Source of the DNA: Nitrospirales bacterium
GTDB lineage: Bacteria > Nitrospirota > Nitrospiria > Nitrospirales > NS-4
NCBI GenBank assembly: GCA_036505795.1
Contig: DASXSU010000113.1
Location: forward strand, 933 to 64,932
Direction: 5' to 3'
DNA length: 64,000 bases
Shown here: positions 56,596-63,620 of the stretch, piece by piece
Position numbering within the stretch: position 1 is the first letter of the stretch
Layout of the letters: every line of letters starts with the position of its first letter
The notes under the pieces: model-generated
The model's database searches: none
What the model saw: the letters and a program-made list of their open reading frames with translations, nothing else
Told to the model about the DNA's origin: nothing
Made by a program: the position numbers and the translations under genes

Positions 56596-56727
56596 CAGTA
56601 ATCCAGGCAGGTGTCGCAGGCGAATGGGAAAAGCAGTTTCTGATGAAAAGCGCCCGCCGATCAAGCAGTTTCGTGCAATCAACGTTCCGACGGTCTGTGA
56701 TTTACTCTTCGGAGCCCTCCGGGCGAC

Positions 56728-56742
56728 TGGCAGAACAGTTGC
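56728..56742 (+). promoter_or_regulatory. sigma-54 -24/-12 promoter
   Basis: TGGCAGAACAGTTGC matches the TGGCAC-N5-TTGC consensus closely. It lies 147 nt after the palindrome and about 480 nt before the PEP-CTERM gene. Confidence 0.5.
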
Positions 56743-57211
56743 CGGTTGGCAACTCCACTTTCGAGATCAGGTCTCAGATTTTCAATGAGTTAGTTTTGGG
56801 CAAAGAGCTTGCACTCTTCGAAGCTTCACCTTGTATCTGACCGAGGAACCATGGCGAGGACAAGGCGTCTGATTCTGACCGTCGAACGCATCGCCGTAGC
56901 CATAGCGCTAGCCGCGATTGAATTGGTCCCTTACCTACGAGATGCCGATGCCGCACCGTGTGTGTTGTCGGTCTAGGAGGTGGAGGTCGAGATCGCTGGG
57001 GCCAGGATCCTCATGCCGGTGTTCACAGGTTCCAGAGACTCAGCTCACCTCTAGAAAGGGGGACATTATGTCAGTTTCGCAAAGGGTCCAATTTGACACC
57101 TTAACCCAACATCGGAATGTCTGTAATAAAAAGAAGCAGGAAATAACCAATCCATTTAGGAGGGGTAATATGGTCACGTGCCGAAGCTCATTAAGTCTTT
57201 GGGCATCGTCT

Positions 57212-58381
57212 ATGAAACCCGAGGGAGGAATGAATGAATCGCGTGAACGGCTGCGCCTATGGTTGTTTGCAATCAGCGTTCTGCTCTCGTTGGGCTCGCC
57301 AGCGTTATCTAGCGCGGCCACCATTCAAGAGGTGCAAGTTTTCACTGGAGATGGAACGCCAGGATCGAAGAACGCAGCAGCAAATGGTACCGTGGCGCTG
57401 GAGACTTTCGGAGGGAAAAACGGACCGAGCCCGCCGGCCGCCCCCCCCGCAGGTTCGCAGTTAACCTTCACAAAGGCAGCGCCGGCAGGTACGCCCACTG
57501 CCATCGAGTCCGATACGATCACCTCGGTCCGAGGGTTGATCTGGTACTCGTTTGGACCGGACTTGTATAGGACTTCGACGCTGAATGCCCTCGGGGTCAC
57601 CACCAACTACCTCAACAAGGCGCCGTCCTTAGCGCTAAACGGGGGTTGGCCGGGAACGACAGGTGCCGGTTTAGATGCCGTGGGCTCCGCGTCCTACGGA
57701 ATGCCGGCTGATGCCCCGCCTTTAATCGCAGCTCGTGCTGTTCTGACCAAAGCCGGCAGCGCCGCGGGCGCGCGCGCGGCCGCGTGGGCCAACGATCCTG
57801 TTCCGGTTGCGCTCGGGTCTTATCAGTTGGCGCTCACAATTGGCGCCGGCACCAGCATGCAGGTGGACCCCGGCGACCTGGGAGCAATCGAGTTCTTCGC
57901 CAGCGACAGCAACGACAGCACCTACCTGACCCACCACCCTTCAAGCCCGATTTTCGACTTTGGCATAGTGCTTGACGGCACCGGCAGTTCCCCGTCGTTA
58001 TCCGCCTTTTTCAGCTACGATCCCTCAAGGCTGGCTATCCCCAGCGCTCCCACCGACCCGGCGGCATATCAGAGCTACGCGAACTCGCTCCTGAGTCAAC
58101 TGCTGGCGGACACCGCCAACGTGTCCCTGACCAATCCAGGCACGTTTGACGAGACTTTAAGCGTCAACAGTGCGGTAACCGTGTTCACCGGGACATACAC
58201 CGCCGCCGCCTCCCGACCCGGCGCTTTCGACCCTAATTTTCCCGGGAACATTGACTTTGCGGAGGGCAGTACTGCTGGAGTCGCTCCGGTACCCGAACCC
58301 GCCACCTGGCTGCTGCTCGGAACTGGCCTCTTGGCATTGGCCTTTGTCAGAAGGAAGCCTTGCTCGGGCGTGTCTGTGTGA
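57212..58381 (+). CDS. PEP-CTERM sorting-domain secreted protein
   Basis: Signal peptide LRLWLFAISVLLSLGSPALSSA and C-terminus VPEPATWLLLGTGLLALAFVRRK. Start is ATG 57212 or ATG 57230; GGGAGG lies at 57223-57228. Confidence 0.8.
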   Translation: MKPEGGMNESRERLRLWLFAISVLLSLGSPALSSAATIQEVQVFTGDGTPGSKNAAANGTVALETFGGKNGPSPPAAPPAGSQLTFTKAAPAGTPTAIESDTITSVRGLIWYSFGPDLYRTSTLNALGVTTNYLNKAPSLALNGGWPGTTGAGLDAVGSASYGMPADAPPLIAARAVLTKAGSAAGARAAAWANDPVPVALGSYQLALTIGAGTSMQVDPGDLGAIEFFASDSNDSTYLTHHPSSPIFDFGIVLDGTGSSPSLSAFFSYDPSRLAIPSAPTDPAAYQSYANSLLSQLLADTANVSLTNPGTFDETLSVNSAVTVFTGTYTAAASRPGAFDPNFPGNIDFAEGSTAGVAPVPEPATWLLLGTGLLALAFVRRKPCSGVSV

Positions 58382-58449
58382 AGGTTTGGGCTGGTTGGCC
58401 GTCGTAAATCCTGCGTGAAAGGAGCCTCAACGGGTTCTTTGATAACGCG

Positions 58450-58667
58450 TTGCCCTTCGCGGGAAGCAACATTGGTCATCTGTTCATCGACGGTGGTTCC
58501 TTCGAGGTCGTCTATAACGAGTCGCCCACCGGGGCGGGTAGCGTCGTACTGGAGCAATTTTCCGCCGTTCCCCCGTCCCGGAACCATCAACGTGGCTGCT
58601 CCTGGGGTCCGGGCTGGCAGGGCTGGCGCTGTAGCGGAGACGACGCCTCATCCTCTGCTCGAAGTAA
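58450..58667 (+). pseudogene. PEP-CTERM gene 3' relic with a frameshift and an in-frame TAG
   Basis: ...GGSFEVVYNESPTGAGSVVLEQFSAVP shifts frame in a C run, then reads VPEPSTWLLLGSGLAGLAL-TAG-RRRRLILCSK-TAA. Confidence 0.4.
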
Positions 58668-58698
58668 CGTCTTGCTTATCGAGGAGCCGAGAATGCCT

Positions 58699-60066
58699 TC
58701 AGCTGTGGTGAGGCATGAGGGCTTGCGTGGTGCTGGGTCGTGTGAGCTGATAACGGGCAATCTTTCGATACAGCGTCATCCGGGACCATTGGAGCTTCTT
58801 GGCAGCCTGAGTCTTATTCCAATTCATGGCGCACATGACAGAGAGCACGTGATCTCGTTCAGCGGGTCCGGTTTCCTGTTGGAACAGATCGCGACAGTGT
58901 TCAGGGAGATCTGCGAGGGAGATTCGCCGTGAGGGACCGTTGATAAAGATGGCTTCTAAGAGGGTCTTCAATTCCCGAACATTCCCCGGCCAGTCGTAAT
59001 TGACGAGAGCGCGTAACGTCTCGTCCGTGAAGCCTTCAATGTGGTTCCCGAACCGGCCGTTGAGCTGAGAGACATGATAGTCAAGCAACAGCGGAATATC
59101 CTCCCTGCGCTCTCGTAAGGGCCGCAGATGAATTCGCGCCACATTGAGCCGGAAAAAGAGGTCCCTTCTGAACTTCCCTACTGACGTCAGACTGTCTAGG
59201 CATTGATTGGTCGCCGCGATGATTCTCATGTCGAGGGAGATGCTGCCCGTCCCTCCCAGACGTTGGATCTCTTTGCTCTCAATCGCCCGGAGAATCTTGG
59301 CCTGGGCATACGGGCTCATCTCACCGATCTCATCCAAGAACAACGTCCCGTCATTGGCCCGCTCAAAATGCCCCTTCCTACGAAGAAACGCTCCGGTGAA
59401 GGCTCCTCTTTCGTAGCCGAACAACTCGCTTTCTAATAAGCTGTCGGGGATGGCGGCACAATTGAGACAAATGAATGGCTGTTGATGTCGAGAGCTCCAG
59501 CGATGGATCATCGTTGCCACCAGCTCCTTACCGGTCCCCGTTTCTCCCGTGATCAGCACATTACTCTCTGTGACAGCAATCCTCTGGATGCACCTCTTGA
59601 GCTGCCGCATCCATCGGCTCTCGCCAATCAGTCCCGATTCGTCCTGGAGCCCGTAGACGGTCCTTATCCCAGGTCGCGAAAACTTGTCGGGGCGGCAATC
59701 GCCAAGGAGGCGATGCATGCTCGTGATCAGTTCCTCGCCGAAGAAGGGCTCCTTGAAATAGTCGTTGATCCCTGTTTTCAGCGCCGCCACGGCCAATTCC
59801 TCAGTGCTGAACGGTGTGATCAAAATGAGCGGTATTGTTTTCTCCCATCGACGAATGTGCCGTGCGAGAGCTACGATATCCGCGGTACCGCCGGGATCTG
59901 AAACCAAAATGATCAGATGTACAAGGTGGTCCCGGAGTAATTCTTGGATATGCGATGGATCAGTCGACTTCAACACTCCGTAGCCGCTTTGGCACAATGT
60001 CTCCTCTACCCGTGTGGCGGATGCGTGATGGGGCGGTGCTGCGATCAGAATGGTAGGCTTCTTCAT
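58699..60066 (-). CDS. sigma-54-dependent activator with atypical receiver domain
   Basis: AAA+ domain (GETGTGKE, GAFTGA) and Fis-type HTH. The N-terminal receiver-like fold begins ILIAAPPHH where the acidic DD pair would be. GGAGG precedes the ATG. Confidence 0.85.
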   Translation of the reverse strand: MKKPTILIAAPPHHASATRVEETLCQSGYGVLKSTDPSHIQELLRDHLVHLIILVSDPGGTADIVALARHIRRWEKTIPLILITPFSTEELAVAALKTGINDYFKEPFFGEELITSMHRLLGDCRPDKFSRPGIRTVYGLQDESGLIGESRWMRQLKRCIQRIAVTESNVLITGETGTGKELVATMIHRWSSRHQQPFICLNCAAIPDSLLESELFGYERGAFTGAFLRRKGHFERANDGTLFLDEIGEMSPYAQAKILRAIESKEIQRLGGTGSISLDMRIIAATNQCLDSLTSVGKFRRDLFFRLNVARIHLRPLRERREDIPLLLDYHVSQLNGRFGNHIEGFTDETLRALVNYDWPGNVRELKTLLEAIFINGPSRRISLADLPEHCRDLFQQETGPAERDHVLSVMCAMNWNKTQAAKKLQWSRMTLYRKIARYQLTRPSTTQALMPHHS

Positions 60067-60111
60067 GCTCGGCCTCCAAGGGCCAAAGCCTGGCGTACGG
60101 CGTAATGCTGA

Positions 60112-60126
60112 GCAAAGAGTCTGCCA
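60112..60126 (-). promoter_or_regulatory. sigma-54 -24/-12 promoter of the second activator gene
   Basis: The minus strand reads TGGCAGACTCTTTGC. The GC dinucleotide lies about 45 nt upstream of ATG 60066. Confidence 0.5.
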
Positions 60127-60371
60127 GAAAATAAGGCCACGTAAATAAAGTACTTACCTCAGAGGAGGCATTGCTGATCTTCAATGAATGTAGGTTTTTC
60201 TTACATGATTGAATGGGTTTCAGGCCTTCTCTTAAACACACAAGTCATTGATTCATAATATTATTATCTTCCTTGATTAACTGCTTAACCTAAGTTAAAA
60301 TACGTATAAATCAATGTAAGTTTTTATGACACCGCGGTATTTACTAAGAAGAACAAACTATCCTTCCTTGC

Positions 60372-60620
60372 CTATACGGGCTCCGACCGGTGGCAGCGAA
60401 GGCAATCCTGGCGCTTGGGATGGCGGACGGAGAGCGGGCGTACGCCGCTCGGCACATGGCAGGCGAGACAGTCTCGTTCCAACTTGATTCCTCGATGCGC
60501 CAGGTCACCCGGCACCGGCGGATTGTTGTCGCGAGGACCGGGAAGCAGCGTCAGGAAAATAATAACGGCGATCGCCAGCCCAAGAAACAACAGATCGGAC
60601 TTTTTAGGCCGAAACCTCAT
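60372..60620 (-). CDS. membrane-anchored dihaem c-type cytochrome (82 aa)
   Basis: MRFRPKKSDLLFLGLAIAVIIFLTLL forms a TM anchor. Two CxxCH motifs are present (CLACH, CLRCH). ATGA overlap with the upstream dehydrogenase stop. Confidence 0.65.
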   Translation of the reverse strand: MRFRPKKSDLLFLGLAIAVIIFLTLLPGPRDNNPPVPGDLAHRGIKLERDCLACHVPSGVRPLSVRHPKRQDCLRCHRSEPV

Positions 60621-63553
60621 GACGGGGCGCGAGACGCACCGTAGGCTTCGGCGAGCAGGTCCGCGATGTGCCGGACTTCCACTTCGCCGCGCAGCCCATT
60701 TTTCAGCTGGATCATACAGGCCGGACACGAAGTAGCTACGATCTCCGCGCCGCTGTCCCGAATCGCGGCGCGCTTTCGCTCGAAGATCTTCTGCGAGGTG
60801 TCGTAGTCCTTCACCACAAATGTGCCCGCGCCGCCCGCGCACCGTTCGGAATCCCGCATCTCGACGAACTGAAGCCCCGGAATGCGCTTGAGGAGCTCGC
60901 GAGGCTGCGCGCTCACCCCCGCCGCTCTCAAATGGCAGGAGGAATGATAGGTCACTTTCTTGGGGAGCGAGCCTTGCGGAGCGTTTTTGAGGCCGGCGCC
61001 TGAGAGAAATTCTGAAATGTGCCGAACCTTGCCCGCCACAATCTCGGCATCGCGGCGCTCTTGATCGGAGAACCATTTCGGGTAATCCTTCAGCGCCAGG
61101 GTGCAGGACGCGCAGCCGGTCACGACTGTGTCAAAGCGAGAAAGCGACTCAATATTAAACCGCGCGTACGATTTGACGCGGCCGGCATGGCCGTAGGTTT
61201 CGATCGGCGTGCCGGAGCAGCGCTGCCGCGGCAATACCGGTTCGATGCCGTTGCGACGCAAAACTTCTATTACTGCGTCGCCGACGCCATCATCAAAATA
61301 GTTCGCCGCGCAGCCATGAAAATAGGCCACGCGACCTTTGTGCCCCTGCTCTTCGGTCAAATCTGCATAGCGCTCCCGCAATAAACGGGAGGCGAGACGC
61401 GGCAGCACCATCTCGGCCGGCAACCGGGCGGTCGCCGCCAGCCCGTGGAGGATGGGACCGAGCGCGCGCTCCAATAGTTGCCGCGGCGCTGGACGATCCC
61501 ATAGGCCCTGCGTGCGCGCTAATAGTTTGAGCACCGGCTCGAACAGCCAACGTTGCCCCTGCAGAGCGAAGATCATTCCGGCCAGCTTGTTGGGATGCTC
61601 CGCCCGCTTTTGCATGATGAGCTCTGACACGTCCACTCCCGCCGGACAGATCGGCCGGCATGACTTGCAATTCACGCAGGCCTCGACCACCCGCTTCGAA
61701 TTCAAATAGTCGTATCCCGGCGAGGTGACAATCTCAAACCACCCGCGCGAGCTCATGTCTTCGGATTGAAAGACGTCATACACCGGGCAGACGGAGTTGC
61801 ACTTGGCGCAGGTGGCGCATGGCTTCGAGAGACGGACATAATCAATATGCTCGGTAAACGGAGTGTCACTGATCTTCACCCCGGGGTTGAAGATGTTCGT
61901 CGGATCAAACGCGGCCTTGACCTGCTTGAACAGCCCGTAGAGTTCTTCCCCAAAGTAGCGGCGGACGAACTCCGCGCGTACCCGCCCGTCCCCATGCTCG
62001 CCGCAGATAGATCCCCCGAAACGGGAAATCACCGTGCTGTGGATCTCGTGGTAGCCGGCCACCATCCGCTCAAAATCCGAGCGGTCGTTGAGGTCCAGCA
62101 GCGGCACGATATGCGCGTTGCCGTTTCCGATATGCCCGAAGATGGCGACATTGACGTCCTGGCCCACGAAGAACTCCGAGAGGTATGTCACCAGCTCCGT
62201 GATCCGGTCCGCGGGAACCACCACGTCGTCGACATAATTGATCGGTTTTTTCTTCTGATCATAACGGTACAGGGTGGGGTACAGAGCGTTCCGCGCCCTC
62301 CAGAGTTGCTCTTGGTGCGCCTTTTCCACGGCGATGGTCGGGTCCTGACACAACCGATACTTGCGGCACACGGCTTGGACCGCCTCGAGCATCGAGCTGA
62401 TCGGCCTGCCGCTTCCGTCAAACTCCGCGAGCAGTGTCGCAGCGGCATCGACCGGCACCCCATGCGCTGCGCGCCCTATTAGATTTAGCGTGTTGGCGTC
62501 CATCACCTCGAGCGCCATGGGGGACAGCGGTAGCAGATCACAGACCGCCGCGCCCACCTCCTCAAGGTACTTAAAATGTATCAGCGCCGTCGCGGTGGTC
62601 TGCGGCCGCGGCACCAGTTTCACCGTCGCCTCGCTGATGATGCCGAGCGTGCCCTCGCTGCCGACAAACAGCTTGGGCAGGTCGACGATCCCCTGCTCCA
62701 GACCGTCCACCAGGCCGAACAGGTTGTAGCCGGTGCTATTTTTCGTCACGGTGGGCTTCTTGCTGCGGATCAGCGCGGCGTGTTGCCGGACAAGGGTCAT
62801 GGTCTCGGCAAGGCCCTGATGGTTCGCGAGCAGCCGATCGGTCGCCGGGCCGTCATCGGCCAGCGCTTCCGCCGTCAGCCACGACCCGTCCCCCAGATGA
62901 ACCCGAATCGCATGGACATTGTCCTTGACCGAGCCATAGCGCAAGGTATGTGGGCCGGCGGAGTTGTTCGAGATCATCCCGCCGAGCTTGCACATATCGC
63001 GGCTCGACGGGTCCGGGCCGAACATCAACCCGTGCCGCTCCAGCTGCTTGTTGAACTCGGTCAGATTCAACCCCGGCTGAATGCGGGCCCAGCGCTCCTC
63101 GACATTCAGCTCCAGAATGTTTCTCATGCGCCCGCAATCGAGAATGATGCCGGCCCCTACGGCTGAGCCCGTGAGGTTTGTTCCTGCCGCGCGAGCGGTC
63201 AGCGGCACGCCGGTCTCTCGCGCATAGGCCACGGTGCCGGCGATATCATCCTCAGTCTCGGCGAGCACCACCGCCTTCGGCACTAATTTATAGATGCTCG
63301 CATCCACCGAGTAGGCAGTAATAGTCGGGAAGTCGTCCTTCACCTTCTCGGACCCCAGCTTCCGGCGAAGGTCCGACCCGATGTTGCGGGAGCGCTCCGG
63401 CAGGATCAGCGCAGGGGAAAAGGAATCTGTCTTGGCAGATTCCAGGGCGGGCGGGTGGGATGGGGAAAAGGAATCTGTCCGGGGCACCCCTTGCTCTCCT
63501 TTGCAAGGGGTCGATGATTCCAGGGCGGGCGGGTGTAACGGTGAGTCACCCAT
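60617..63553 (-). CDS. FAD-linked oxidase fused to 4Fe-4S / CCG Fe-S oxidoreductase (YdiJ-like 2-hydroxyacid dehydrogenase)
   Basis: GlcD-like FAD-binding domain (ARAAGTNLTGSAVG), ferredoxin-type CxxCxxC clusters and C-terminal CCG-type Cys motifs. The first 60-70 codons are repeat-derived, so the true start is uncertain. Confidence 0.8.
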   Translation of the reverse strand: MGDSPLHPPALESSTPCKGEQGVPRTDSFSPSHPPALESAKTDSFSPALILPERSRNIGSDLRRKLGSEKVKDDFPTITAYSVDASIYKLVPKAVVLAETEDDIAGTVAYARETGVPLTARAAGTNLTGSAVGAGIILDCGRMRNILELNVEERWARIQPGLNLTEFNKQLERHGLMFGPDPSSRDMCKLGGMISNNSAGPHTLRYGSVKDNVHAIRVHLGDGSWLTAEALADDGPATDRLLANHQGLAETMTLVRQHAALIRSKKPTVTKNSTGYNLFGLVDGLEQGIVDLPKLFVGSEGTLGIISEATVKLVPRPQTTATALIHFKYLEEVGAAVCDLLPLSPMALEVMDANTLNLIGRAAHGVPVDAAATLLAEFDGSGRPISSMLEAVQAVCRKYRLCQDPTIAVEKAHQEQLWRARNALYPTLYRYDQKKKPINYVDDVVVPADRITELVTYLSEFFVGQDVNVAIFGHIGNGNAHIVPLLDLNDRSDFERMVAGYHEIHSTVISRFGGSICGEHGDGRVRAEFVRRYFGEELYGLFKQVKAAFDPTNIFNPGVKISDTPFTEHIDYVRLSKPCATCAKCNSVCPVYDVFQSEDMSSRGWFEIVTSPGYDYLNSKRVVEACVNCKSCRPICPAGVDVSELIMQKRAEHPNKLAGMIFALQGQRWLFEPVLKLLARTQGLWDRPAPRQLLERALGPILHGLAATARLPAEMVLPRLASRLLRERYADLTEEQGHKGRVAYFHGCAANYFDDGVGDAVIEVLRRNGIEPVLPRQRCSGTPIETYGHAGRVKSYARFNIESLSRFDTVVTGCASCTLALKDYPKWFSDQERRDAEIVAGKVRHISEFLSGAGLKNAPQGSLPKKVTYHSSCHLRAAGVSAQPRELLKRIPGLQFVEMRDSERCAGGAGTFVVKDYDTSQKIFERKRAAIRDSGAEIVATSCPACMIQLKNGLRGEVEVRHIADLLAEAYGASRAPS
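63414..63535 (+). repeat. one short and one long unit of the G-rich repeat family
   Basis: The short unit (63414-63457) is ggggaaaaggaatctgtc-ttggcag-attccagggcgggcgggtg. The long unit (63462-63535) has the same ends around the hairpin CCCCTTGC-tctccttt-GCAAGGGG. Confidence 0.6.
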
Positions 63554-63620
63554 TCAGCGATCCGAGGAAGAGTGTCATAAATAAATTGTACGGGAGGGCC
63601 AAGGCGTCGGCAAGCTGACT

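Noticed and set aside
56851-56976. 41-aa ORF (MARTRRLILTVERIAVAIALAAIELVPYLRDADAAPCVLSV) with GAGGAA upstream, in the long leader of the second PEP-CTERM gene
   Set aside because: It is plausible as a small membrane peptide. However, I have no support beyond a weak SD and one hydrophobic stretch, which is not enough to call.
52432-60371. Calling the 8-kb block, or the 1.4-kb tRNA-flanked cassette, a mobile element
   Set aside because: I could not recognise an integrase, transposase, excisionase or terminal inverted repeats in any frame. Only the bracket geometry is reported, as a finding rather than a mobile_element feature.
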